Source of the DNA: Squalus acanthias
Lineage: Eukaryota
Length of the DNA stretch: 64,000 bases
Direction: 5' to 3'
NCBI GenBank assembly: GCA_030390025.1
Contig: JASTWF010000350.1
Coordinates: forward strand, 1 to 64,000
Shown here: positions 11,675 through 23,992 of the stretch, piece after piece
How the letters are laid out: each line of letters begins with the position of its first letter
How positions within the stretch are numbered: position 1 is the stretch's first letter
The notes under the pieces: generated by a model
Seen by the model: the letters and a program-made list of their open reading frames with translations, nothing else
The model's database searches: none
Told to the model about the DNA's origin: nothing
Position numbers and translations under genes: made by a program

Positions 11675-14600
11675 CGGTTAGATACAGAGTAAAGCTCCCT
11701 CTACTCTGTCCCATCAAACACTCCCAGGACAGGTACAGCACGGGTTAGATACAGAGTAAAGCTCCCTCTACACTGTCCCATCAAACACTCCCAGGACAGG
11801 TACAGCACGGGCTAGATACAGAGTAAAGCTCCCTCTACACTGTCCCATCAAACACTCCCAGGGCAGGTACAGCACGGGTTAGATACAGAGTAAAGCTCCC
11901 TCTACACTGTCTCATCAAACACTCCCAGGGCAGGTACAGCACGGGCTAGATACAGAGTAAAGCTCCCTCTACACTGTCCCATCAAACACTCCCAGGGCAG
12001 GTACAGCACGGGTTAGACACAGAGTAAAGCTCCCTCTACACTGCCTCATCAAACACTCCCAGGGCAGGTACAGCACGGGCTAGATACAGAGTAAAGCTCC
12101 CTCTACACTGTCCCATCAAACACTCCTAGGACAGGTACAGCATAGGTTAGATACAGAGTAAAGCTCCCTCTACACTGTCCCATCAAACACTCCCAGGACA
12201 GGTACAGCATGGGTTAGATACAGAGTAAAGCTCCCTCTACTCTGTCCCATCAAACACTCCCAGGACAGGTACAGCATAGGTTAGATACAGAGTAAAGCTC
12301 CCTCTACACTGATGTGGTGTATTTGGACTTTCAGAAGGCCTTCGACAAGGTCCCACACAAGAGATTGGTGTGCAAAGTTAAAGCACATGGGATTGGGGGT
12401 AATGTGTTGACGTGGATTGAGAACTGGTTGGCACACAGGAAACAAAGAGTAGGAGAAAATGGGTACTTTTCAGAATGGCAGGCAGTGACCAGCGGGGTAC
12501 CGCAGGGTTCGGTGCTGGGGCCCCAGCTGTTTACATTATATATTAATGATTTGGACGAAGGGATTAATTGTAATATCTCCAAATTTGCGGATGACACTAA
12601 ATTGGGAGGCAGTGTGAACAATGAGGAGGATGCTAGGAGGCTACAGAGTGACTTGGACAGGTTGGGTGAATGGGCAAATGTATGGCAGATGAAGTACAAT
12701 GTGGATAAATGTGAGGTTATCCACTTTGGTGGTAAAAATAGGGAGGCAGAGTATTACCTGAATGGTGGCAGATTAGGGAAAGGGGAGGTGCAACGAGACC
12801 TGGGCGTCATGGTACATCAGTCACTGAAGGTGGGAAGGCAAGTGCAGCAGGGAGTCAAGAAAGCAAATGGCATGATGGCCTTCATAGCAAGGGGATTTGA
12901 GTACAGGAGTAGGGAGGTGATGCTACAGTTGTACAGGGCCTCGGTGAGGCCACACCTGGAGTATTGTGTGCAGTTTTGGTCTCCTAACTTGAGGAAGGAC
13001 ATTCTTGCTATTGAGGGAGTGCAACGAAGGTTCACTAGATTGATTCCTGGGATGGCCAGACTGACATATCAAGAAAGACTGGATCAACTGAACTTGTATC
13101 CTCTGGAGTTCAGAAGAATGAGGGGGGATCTTATAGAGACGTTTAAAATCCTGACTGGTTTAGACAAATTAGATGCGGGCAGAATGTTTCCAATGTAAGG
13201 AAAAACTAAAACCAGGGGTCACAGTCTAAGGATAAAGGGGAAGCCATTTAAGACTGAGATGAGGAGGAACTTCTTCACCCAGAGTGTGGTGAATCTGTGG
13301 AATTCTCTACCACAGAAGGTTGTTGAGGCCAGTTCGCTAAATATATTCAAAAGGGAGTTAGATATAATACTCACAACTAGGGGGATCAAGGGGTATGGCG
13401 AGAAAGCAGGAATGGGGTACTGAGGTAGCATGTTCAGCCATGAATGCATTAAATGGCAGTGCAGGCTCGAAGGACCGAATGGTCTACTCCTGCACCTATT
13501 TTCTATGTTTCTATGTTTCTACACTGTCCCATCAAACACTCCCAGGGCAGGTACAGCACGGGTTAGATACAGAGTAAAGCGCCCTCTACACTGTCCCATC
13601 AAACACTCCCAGGGCAGGTACAGCACAGGTTAGATACAGAGTAAAGCCCCCTCTACACTGTCCCATCAAACACTCCCAGGGCAGGTACAGCACAGGTTAG
13701 ATACAGAGTAAAGCTCCCTCTACACTGTCCCATCAAACACTCCCAGGGCAGGTACAGCACGGGTTAGATACAGAGTAAAGCTCCCTCTACACTGTCCCAT
13801 CAAACACTCCCAGGGCAGGTACAGCACGGGTTAGATGCAGAGTAAAGCTCCCTCTACACTGTCCCATCAAACACTCCCAGGGCAGGTAGAGCACGGGTTA
13901 GATACAGAGTAAAGATCCCTCTACACTGTCCCATCAAACACTCCCAGGGCAAGTACAGCACGGGTTAGATACAGAGTAAAGCTCCCTCGACACTGTCCCA
14001 TCAAACACTCCCAGGGCAGGTACAGCACGGGTTAGATACAGAATAAAGCTCCCTCGACACTGTCCCATCAAAAACTCCCAGGGCAGGTACAGCACGGGTT
14101 AGATACAGAGTAAAGCTCCCTCTACACTGTCCCATCAAACACTCCCAGAGCAGGTACAGCATGGGTTAGATACAGAGTAAAGTTCCCTCTACACTGTCCC
14201 ATCAAACACTCCCAGGGCAGGTACAGCATGGATTAGATACAATGTAAAGCTCCCTGTACACTGCCCCATCAAACACTCCCAGGGCAGGTACAGCATACAG
14301 CATGGGTTAGATACAGAGTAAAGCTCCCAGTACACTGCCCCATCAAACACTCCCAGGGCAGGTACAGCACGGGTCAGATACAGAGTAAAGCTCCCTGTAC
14401 ACTGCCCCATCAAACACTCCCAGGGCAGGTACAGCATGGGTTAGATACAGAATAAAGTTCCCTCTACACTGTCCCATCAAACACTCCCAGGGCAGGTACA
14501 GCATGGGTTAGATACAGAGTAAAGTTCCCTCTACACTGTCCCATCAAACACTCCCAGGGCAGGTATAGCACGGGTTAGATACAGCGTAAAGCTCCCTCTA

Positions 14601-15333
14601 CACTGTCCTGTCAAACACTCCCAGGGCAGGTACAGCACGGGTTAGATACAGAGTAAAGCTCCCTCTACACTGTCCCATCAAACACTCCCAGGGCAGGTAC
14701 AGCACGGGTTAGATGCAGAGTAAAGCTCCCTCTACACTGTCCCATCAAACACTCCCAGGGCAGGTACAGCACGGGTTAGATACAGAGTAAAGCTCCCTCT
14801 ACACTGTCCCATCAAACACTCCCAGGGCAGGTCAGCACGGGTTAGATACAGAGTAAAGCTCCCTCTACACTGTCCCATCAAACACTCCCAGGGCAGGTAC
14901 AGCACGGGTTAGATACAGAGTAAAGCTCCCTCGACACTGTCCCATCAAACACTCCCAGGGCAGGTACAGCACAGGTTAGATACAGAGTAAAGCTCCCTCT
15001 ACACTGTCCCATCAAACACTCCCAGGGCAGGTACAGCACGGGTTAGATACAGAGTAAAGCTCCCTCTACACTGTCCCATCAAACACTCCCAGGGCAGGTA
15101 CAAGCACGGGTTAGATACAGAGTAAAGCTCCCTCTACACTGTCCCATCAAACACTCACAGGGCAGGTACAGCACGGGTTAGATACAGAGTAAAGCTCCCT
15201 CTACACTGTCCCATCAAACACTCCCAGGGCAGGTACAGCACGGGTTAGATACAGAGTAAAGCTCCCTCTACACTGTCCCATCAAACACTCCCAGGGCAGG
15301 TACAGCACGGGTTAGATACAGAGTAAAGTTCCG
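11675..15333 (+). repeat. 67-bp satellite array (~9 + ~27 units) split by a CR1 insertion
   Basis: Tandem units at 11675-12311 and 13518-15333. Confidence 0.97.
12312..13517 (+). mobile_element. CR1 LINE, 5'-truncated
   Basis: RT ORF 12314-13198 (YLDFQKAFDKV, GVPQGSVLGP, FADD); tail (tttctatg)n; TSD tctacactg at 12303-12311 and 13518-13526. Confidence 0.95.
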
Positions 15334-15379
15334 TATACTAACACCTTCTGGGATGGGGACTGGTGGCATTTAAATCATT

Positions 15380-16107
15380 GAATCATAGATTGGTTACAGC
15401 ACAGAAATCGGCCATTCGGCTCGTTGAGCCCGTGCCGGCTCTCTGCAAGAGCATTTCAGCTAGTCCCACTCACCCGCCATTTCCGTAGCCTTGGAAATTT
15501 TTTCCTTCAGTTACTTATCCAATTCCCTTTTGAAGTTGTGAAGCCAGCTCTTGTGATTTTTACTTTGCTCGCTTAATCTGATCCCGCATCACAAACCCCC
15601 CTTTCTGCAGCGTCTTTTTGGACTCCAGTCCCTAAATCCCCTTTTGCCCCTTCCCCAATTCAACAACTCCGGTGTCCTGGCCAATATTTATCCCTCAACC
15701 AACATAACAAAAACAGATTATCTGGTCATTATCACATTGCTGTTTGTGGGATCTTGCTGTGTGCATATTGGCGTTTCCCACATCACAACAGTGACTCCAC
15801 TTCAAAAGTTCTTCATTGGCTGTGAAGCGCTTTGAGACGTCCGGTTTTCGTGAAAGGCGCTATAGAAATGCAAGTCTTTCTTTCTTTGAAAACCACGATT
15901 GAGGCCGTGCATTCCAGATCCTAACCAGTCGCTGCGTCAAAAAGTTTTTCCTCATGTCGCCTTTGGTTCTTCTGCCAATCACCTTAAATCTGCGTCCTTT
16001 GGTTCTCGACCCTTCTGCCAATGTGATCAGTTTCTCTCTCTCTGCTCTGTCCAGACTCTCATGACTTTGAATACCTCTATCAAATCTCCTCTCAACCTTC
16101 GCTGCTT
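15380..16107 (-). mobile_element. CR1 3' fragment interrupted by a ~350-bp insert (15535-15884)
   Basis: CR1 sequence breaks at cccttttgaa and resumes at tttgaaaaccacg; tttgaa is duplicated. Confidence 0.8.
15628..15887 (+). mobile_element. DeuSINE 3' half
   Basis: Homologous to 34090-34320. Confidence 0.8.
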
Positions 16108-16127
16108 CATAAGGCTTGGGGGTTTAG

Positions 16128-17016
16128 CCCCTGTCCAGATTGATCTCCTGTCCAAAGTGATCTCCTGTCCAGAGTGATCGCCTATCCAGAGTGATCCACT
16201 CTCCAGATTGAAGTCCTGTCCAATGATCCACTGTCCAGAGTTATCCACTGTCCAGAGTGATCCCCTGTCCAGAGCAAAGTCCTGTCCAGTGATCCACTGC
16301 CCAGAGTGATCCACTGTCCAGAGTGATCCACTGTCCAGAGTAAAGTCATTTCCAGAGTGATCTACTGTCCAGAGTGACCCACTGGCCAGAGTGAAGTCCT
16401 GTCCAGTGATCCACTGTCCAGAGTGATCCACTGTCCAGAGTGAAGTCATTTCCAGAGTGATCTACTGTCCAGAGTGATCCACTGACCAGAGTGAAGTCCT
16501 GTCCAGAGTGAAGTCCTGTCCAGTGATCCACTGTCCAGAGTGACCCACTGGGCAGAATGAAGTCCTTTCCAGAGTGATCCACTGTCCAGAATGAAGTCCC
16601 TTCCAGAGTGATCCACTGGCCAGAGTGAAGTCCTGTCCAGTGATCCACTGCCCAGAGTGATCCATTGTCCATAGTGAAGTCATGTACTGAGTGATCCACT
16701 GCCCAGAGTAATCCACTGTCCAGAGTGATCCACTGTCCATAGTGAAGTCCTGTCCAGAGTGATCCACTGTCCAGAGTGACCCACTGTCCAGAGTGAAGCC
16801 CTTTCCAGAGTGACCCACTGTCCAGAGTGAAGTCCTGTCCAGCCTGATCCACTGCCCAGAGTGATCCACTGTTCAGAGTGATCCATTGACCAGAATGAGC
16901 CCCTGTCCAGCCTGATCCACTGCCCAGAGTGATCCACTGTTCAGAGTGATCCATTGACCAGAATGAGCCCCTGTCCAGAGTGATCCACTGCCCATTATGA
17001 AGTCATGTCCAGAGTG
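16128..17016 (+). repeat. 17-bp minisatellite (cagagtgatccactgtc)n with variants
   Basis: Direct reading; 17-aa periodic translations equal 3 x 17 bp. Confidence 0.95.
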
Positions 17017-20000
17017 TCATAGAGTCATAGGGTCATAGAGTTATATAGCACAGAACGAGGCCCTTCGGCCCATCGTGTCTGCGCCGGCCATCAAGCCCTG
17101 TCTATTCTAATCCCATTTTCCAGCACTTGGTCTGTAGCCTTGTATGCTATGGCGTTTCAAGTGCTCATCTAAATGCTTCTTGATGTTGTGAGGGTTCCTG
17201 CCTCTACCACTCTTTCAGGCAGTGAGTTCCAGATTCCAACCACCCTCTGGGTGAAAAAGTTTTTCCTCAAATCCCCTCTAAACCTCCTGCCCCTTACCTT
17301 GAAACTATGCCCCCTTGTTATTGACCCCTCTACTAAGGGGAAAAGTTCCTTTCTATCTACCCTATCTATGCCCCTCATAATTTTGTACACCTCAATCAGG
17401 TCCCCCTCGGCCTTCTCTGCTCTAAGGAAAACAACCCCAGCCTGTCCAGTCTCTCTTCATAGCTGAAGCGCTGCAGCCCAGGTAACATCCTGGTGAATCT
17501 CCTCTGCACCCTCTCCAATGCAATCGCATCCTTCCTATAGTGTGGCGACCAGAACTGCACACAGTATTCCAGCTGTGGCCTAACTAGCGTTTTGTACAGC
17601 TCCATCATAACCTCCCTGCTCTTATATTCTATGCCTCGGCTAATGAAGGCAAGTATCCCATATGCCTTTTTAACCACCTTATCTACCTGTGTCCTGCTGC
17701 CTTCAGGGATCTATGTACATGCACACCAAGATCCCTCTGATCCTCTGTCCTTCCTAGGGTCCTACCATTCATTGTGTATTCCCTTGCCTTGTTAGTCCTC
17801 CCAAAATGCATCACCTCACACTTTTCAGGGTTAAATTCCATTTGCCACTGTTCTGCCCATCTGACCAACCCGTCTATATCGTCCTGTAGCCTGAGGCTTC
17901 CCTCCTCGCTATTTACCACCCCACAAATTTTTGTGTCATCTGCGAACTTACTGATCATACCTCCTACATTCATATCTAAATCATTAATGTACACTACAAG
18001 CAGCAAAGGACCCAGCACCGATCCCTGCGGTACACCACTGGACTCAGGCTTCCAGTCACAAAAACAACCTTCGACCATCACCCTCTGACTCCTGCCACTA
18101 AGCCAATTTTGGATCCAATGTGCCAAGTTGCCCTGGATCCCATGGGCTTTTACCTTCTTGACCAGTCTCCCATGCGGGACTTTGTCAAAAGCCTTACTGA
18201 AGTCCATGTAGACCACATCAACTGCACTACCCTCATCCACACACCTAGTCACCCCCTCGAAAAATTCAATCAAATTGGTCAGACATGATCTCCCCCCTGA
18301 CAAAGCCATGCTGACTATCCTTGATTAATCCTTGCCTCTCCAAGTGGAGACTAATTCTGTCCCTCAGAATTTTTTCCAATAATTTCCCTACCACTGATGT
18401 TAGGCTCACTGGCCTATAATTCCCTGGTTTATCCCTACTACCCTTCTTGAATAATGGTGCTACGTTAGCTGTTCTCCAGTCCTCTGGCACCTCCCCTGTG
18501 GCCAGAGAGGTTCTGAAAATTTGTGTCAGAGGCCCTGCAATCTCCTCCCTTGCCTCACACAGCAGCCTGGATATATCTCGTCTGGGCCTGGGGATTTATC
18601 CACTTTTAAGCCCGCTAAAACCGCTAGTACCTCCTCCTTCTCAATACTAATTTGTTCAAGTATATCACAATCCCCCTGTCTGATTTCTATGCCTACATCG
18701 TCCTTCTCCACAGTGAACACAGATGCAAAATATTCATTTAAAACCCCACCTACATCTTCCGGCTCTACACACAGATTGCCACTTTGGTCCCTAATGGGCC
18801 CTACTCTTTCCCTGGTTATCCTCTTGCCCTTAATATACTTATAAAACACCTTGGGATTTTCCTTTATTTTGCCCGCCAGTGTTATTTCATGCCCCCTCTT
18901 CGCTCTTCTAATTTCTTTTTTAAGTACCCCCCCTGCACTTTCTATACTCCTCTAGGGCTTCCACTGTTTTTAGTCCTTTGTATCTGCCAAAAGCCTCCCT
19001 TTTTTTCCTAATCCATTCTCGTATATCCCTTGACATCCAGGGTTCCCTGGGCTTGTTGGTGCCACCCTTGACCTTTACGGGAACATGTTGCTGTTGTACT
19101 CTCTCTATTTCCTTTCTGAAAGACTCCCACTGCTCTGATGTGGATTTTCCTACAAGTAGCTGTTCCCAGTCCACTTTGGCCAGATCCTGCCTTATCATAT
19201 TAAAATCGGCCTTCCCCCAATTTAGAACCTTTATCTCGGTCCATCTTTGTCCTTTTCCATGACTACCTAAATCTCACTGAATTATGGTCACTGTCACCAA
19301 AATACTCTCCTACTGACACATCTACCACTTGCCCAGTTACATTCCCTAGAATTAGGTCCACTACCGCCCCCTCTCTTGTAGGACTTTCTACATGCTGGCT
19401 CAAAAAGCTCTCCTGGATGCACTTTAAGAATTCCGCACCCTCTAAGCCTTTCACACTCTGACTATCCCAGTTAATGTTGGGGAAGTTGAAATCCCCTACT
19501 ATTATTACTCTATTATTTCTACACTTCTCTGAGATTTGCCTACATATCTGTTCCTCTATCTCCCCCTGACTGTTTGGGGGCCTTTCGTATACTCCCAGCA
19601 AAGTGCTTGCTCCCTTTTTGTTTTTAAGTTCTACCCATATGGCCTCATTAGAGGAACCTGCTAAGATATCATCCCTCCTTACAGCAATAATTGACTCCTT
19701 GATTAATATTGCGATACCCCCTCCTCTTTTACACCCCCCTCTGTCTCGTCTGAAGATTCTTTACCCCGGAATACTGAGCTGCCAGTCCTGCCCCTCCCTC
19801 AACCATGTCTCTGTGATAGCAACAATATCATACTCCAATGTGTTCATCAACACCTTCAATTCATCTGCCTTACTCGCAAGACTCCTTGCATTAAAATAAA
19901 TGCCATCCAGCCTTGCCATACTCCTTTGTGCTGTTACATATTTGCACTGCCTTCCAGGCTGACTTGTTTTTTCCTCTATATTTGGCTGTGCATCACCCCC

Positions 20001-21294
20001 TACTATAGCTCCACTCCATATCCCACCCCCCTGCCAAGTTAGTTTAAACCCTCCCCAACAGTACTAGCAAACCTCCCCGCAAGGATGTTGGTCCCGTTCC
20101 AGTTCAGGTGCAACCCGTCCGACTTGTACAGGTCCCACCTTCCCCAGAAGCAGACCCAGTGATCCAGGAAACTAAAGCCCTCCCTCCTGCACCAACTCTT
20201 TAGCCACGCATTCATCTGCTCTATCCTCCTATTCCTATACTCACTAGCATGTGGCACCAGGAGTAATCCAGAGATTACAACCTTTGAGGTCCTGCTTTTT
20301 AATATGCTACTTAGCTCCCTAAATTCTTGTTGCAGGACCTCATCCCTCTTTCTACCCATGTCGTTGGTACCAATGTGAACTACGACCTCTGACCGTTCGC
20401 CCTCCCCCTTCAGAATGCCCTGCAGCCGTTCAGTGACATCCTTGACCCTGGCACCAGGGAGGCAACATACCATCCTGGAGTCACGTCTGCGGCCACAGAA
20501 ACGTCTATCTGTTTCCCTTACGATAGAATCCCCTATCAATATTGCTCTCCCACTCTTTTTCCTCCCCTCCTGTGCAGCTGAGCCACTCGTAGTCCCACGG
20601 ACTTGGCTCTTGCTGCATTCCCCTGAGAAACCATCTCCCCCATCAGTATCCAAAACAGAAAATCTGTTGGAGAGGGAGATGGACCCAGGGGACTTCTGCA
20701 CTACCTTCCTAGTTCTTTTACTCTGTCTGGTGGTCACCCATTCCCTATCTGCCTGTGCACTCTTTACCTGCAGTGTGACCAACTTGTTAAACGTGCTATC
20801 CACAAAGATCTCAGCTTCGCGGATGCTCCACAGTGACTCCAGCCACAGCTCCAGCTCTGAAATGCGGATTTCGAGTAGCTGCAGCTGGAGACACTTCCTG
20901 CACATGTGTTCGCCCTGGACACCTAAAGTGTCCCTGACTTCCAACAGGAAGGAGCACTCCACGCAGCCGAGCTGCCCTGCCATGTCCTACCCTTAATTTA
21001 CTCCCTTTAAATTAAAGAATATTAAATACACTAGGGACCTTCCTTCCCTTTAAACACTACTTACTCCAAACTAGAGACCTTACTTTTACTTTAATGACTG
21101 GACTGTAGAAATACTGTAGAAATACTGACCGCTGGTTCTCTGTCCCCTCTTGTGCAGCTTTTTAGCTCCTGCTCTCCTGGAAGCTGACAAAGATGGAAAA
21201 AGAAAGGAACAGCTCCCTCCCCGGACTCCCTCACTCACCAAACTCACAGCTTAACACTCTGTTCCGATCTGCACTCCCTGACAAACTGCACTCT
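17017..21294 (-). mobile_element. Near full-length CR1 LINE (5' UTR, ORF1, frameshifted ORF2) inserted in the 17-bp minisatellite
   Basis: APE motifs (GDFNFP, SDH), RT motifs (DFSKAFD, PQGSVLGP, FADD), tail (ctctatga)n. Confidence 0.95.
20039..20983 (-). CDS. CR1 ORF1p: Zn-finger/coiled coil plus SGNH-esterase domain
   Basis: Open 314 aa; CRKC, GDSIVR, HIGTND, DGLHL; small deletion in the first Cys pair relative to the copy at 42380. Confidence 0.8.
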   Translation of the reverse strand: MAGQLGCVECSFLLEVRDTLGVQGEHMCRKCLQLQLLEIRISELELWLESLWSIREAEIFVDSTFNKLVTLQVKSAQADREWVTTRQSKRTRKVVQKSPGSISLSNRFSVLDTDGGDGFSGECSKSQVRGTTSGSAAQEGRKKSGRAILIGDSIVRETDRRFCGRRRDSRMVCCLPGARVKDVTERLQGILKGEGERSEVVVHIGTNDMGRKRDEVLQQEFRELSSILKSRTSKVVISGLLLVPHASEYRNRRIEQMNAWLKSWCRREGFSFLDHWVCFWGRWDLYKSDGLHLNWNGTNILAGRFASTVGEGLN

Positions 21295-23992
21295 AGTGAT
21301 CCAATGTCCAGAGCAAACCATTATCCAGAGTAATCCCCTGTCCAGAGTTATCTCCTGTCCAGAGTGAAGTCCTTTCCAGAGTGATCCACTGTCACAGAGT
21401 GAAGTCACAGAATCACAGAATCACAGAATCCCCACAGTGCAGATAGAGGCCATTGCGGCCCATCGAGCCTGCACCGACACATATCCCACCCTATCCCCGT
21501 AACCCCACGTATTTAATCCCCCCTAACATATCCCACCCTATCCCTGTAACCCCACGTATTTAATCCCCCCTAACACTAAGGGTCAATTTATCATAGCCAA
21601 ATCAACCTAACCCACACATCTTTGGACTGTGGGAGGAAACCGGAGCACCCGGAGGAAACCCACGCAGACACGGGGAGAATGTGCAAACTCCACATAGACA
21701 GTCACCCAAGGCCGGATTCGAATCCGGGTCCCTGGCGCTGTGAGGCAACAGTGCTAACCACTATGCCACCGTGTTGTCCTTTCCAGAGTGATCCACTGTC
21801 ACAGAGTGAAGTCCTTTCCAGAATGATCTACTGCCCAGAGTGATCCACTTCCCAGAGTGATTCCCTGTCCAGAGTGATTCCCTGTCCAGAGTGATCCACT
21901 GTCCAGAGTGATCCCCTGTCCAGAGTAATCCCCTGTCCAGAGTGATCCCCTGTTCAGAGTGATCCCTTGTCCAGAGTGATCCCCTGTCCAGAGTGATCCA
22001 TTGTCCAGAGTGATCCCCTGTTCAGAGTGATCCCCTGTCCCAAGCAAAGTCCTTTCCAGAGTGATCCACTGTCCACAGCGAAGTCCTTTTCAGAGGGATC
22101 CACTGCCCAGAGTGACCCACTGCCCAGAGTGATCCACTGCCCAGAGTGAAATCCTGTCAAGAGTGACCCATTGGCCAGAGTGATCCACTGTCCAAAGTGA
22201 TCCCCTGTGCCGAGTGAAGTCCTGTCCTGAGTGAAGTCCTTTGCAGAGTGATCCACTGTCCAGAGTGATTCCCATCCAGAGTGACTCACTGTCCACAGTG
22301 ATCCACTGTCTAGAGTGATCCACTGTCCAGAGTGATTCACATCCAGAGTGACCCACTGTCCACAGTGATCCACTGTCCAGAATGATCCACTGTCCAGAGT
22401 GATTCCCATCCAGAGTGACCCGCTGTCCACACTGATCCCTGTCCAGAGTGATCTACTGTCCAGAGTGATCCACTGTCCAGAGTGATCCACTGTCCACACT
22501 GATCCCTGTCCAGAGTGATCCACTGTCCAGAGTGATCCACTGCCCAGAGTGATCAACTGCCCAGAGTGATCCACTGTCCAGAGTGATTCCCATCCAGAGT
22601 GGTCCACTGTCCAGAGTGAGCAACTGTCCAGTGATCCACTGTCCAGAGTGATCCACTGCCCAGAGTGATCCAGTGTCCAGAGTGATCCACTGCCCAGAGT
22701 GAAGCCCTTTACTGAGTGATCCACTGTCCTGAGTGATCCACTGTCCAGAGTGAATCCCTTTTGAGAGTGATCCACTGTCCAGAGTGACCCATTGTCCAGA
22801 GTGATCCACTGTCCAGAGTAAATTCCTTTTGAGAGTGATCCCCTGGCCTGAGTGACCCATTGTCCAGAGTGATCCACTGTCCAGAGTGATCCATTGTTCA
22901 GAGTGATCCACTGTTCAGAGTGATCCCCTGTCCAGAGTGAAGTCCTGTCCAGAGTGATGCACTGTCCAGACTGCTCCCTGACCAGAGTGACCCATTGTCC
23001 AGGGTGATCCACTGCCCACAGTGATCCACTGTCCAGAGTGAAGTCATTTCCAGATTGATCCACTGTCCATATTGAATTCCTGTCCAGAGTGGTCCACTGT
23101 CCAGAGTGATCCCCTGTCCAGAGGGATCCACTGTCCAGAGTGATCCACTGTCCCTAGTAAAGTCATTTCCAGTGTGATCCACTGTACAGAGTAATCCCCT
23201 GTCCAGAGTGATTCCCTGTCCAGAGATAGTGTGATTCCCTGTCCAGAGTGATCCACTGTCCAGAGTGATTCCCTGTCCAGAGTAATCCCCTGTCCAGAGT
23301 GATTCCCTGTCCAGAGTGATCCACTGTCTAGAGTGATTCCCTGTCCAGAGTGATCCACTGTCCAGATTGATCCACTGTCTAGAGTGATTCCCTGTCCAGA
23401 GTGATTCCCTGTCCAGAGTAATCCCCTGTCCAGAGTAATCCCCTGTCCAGAGTGATTCCCTGTCCAGAGTAATCCCCTGTCCAGAGTGATCCACTGTCCA
23501 GATTGATCCACTGTCTTGAGTAATTCCCTGTCCAGAGTGATTCCCTGTCCAGAGTGATTCCCTGTCCAGAGTAATCCCCTGTCCAGAGTGATTCCCTGTC
23601 CAGAGTAATCCCCTGTCCAGAGTGATCCACTGCCCAGAGTGATACACTGTCCAGAGTGATACACTGTCCAGAGTGATCCCTGTCCAGAGTGATCCCTGTC
23701 CAGAGTGATCCCTGTCCAGAGTGATCACACTGTCCAGAGTGATCCCTGTCCAGAGTGATCCCTGTCCAGAGTGATCCACTGTCCAGAGTGAAGTCCTTTC
23801 GAGAGTGATCCAAAGTACAGAGTGAACCCCTGTCCAGAGTGATCCACTGTCCAGAGTGATCCACTGTCCAGAGTGATCTATTGTTCAGAGTGATCCACTG
23901 TCCACAGTGATCCCTGTCCAGAGTGATCCACTGTCCAAAGTGATCCACTGTCCAGAGTGATCCACTGTCCAGAGTGATCTATTGTTCAGAGT
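21295..23992 (+). repeat. 17-bp minisatellite, continuation; contains a V-SINE
   Basis: Same unit as 16128-17016. Confidence 0.95.
21407..21778 (-). mobile_element. HE1-like V-SINE with CR1-type tail
   Basis: tRNA-like head (cacggtggcatagtggttagc, ggattcgaatcc), V-domain gtggagtttgcacattctccccgtgtctgcgtgggtttcctccgggtgctccggtttcctccc, tail (ttctgtga)n, internal ~47-bp tandem duplication. Confidence 0.85.

Noticed and set aside
11675..15333. Regular repeat arrays resembling CRISPR
   Set aside because: Head-to-tail 67-bp units with no unique spacers and no cas genes; eukaryotic context
16027..23948. Long WTVDHSGQ-repeat ORFs (up to 369 aa)
   Set aside because: Translation artefacts of the 17-bp minisatellite; open in all three minus frames
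16128..23992. Unit cactgtc-cagagtg resembles a V(D)J signal joint (cactgtg-cacagtg)
   Set aside because: The essential CAC is altered in both halves of most units, and no spaced nonamers are present
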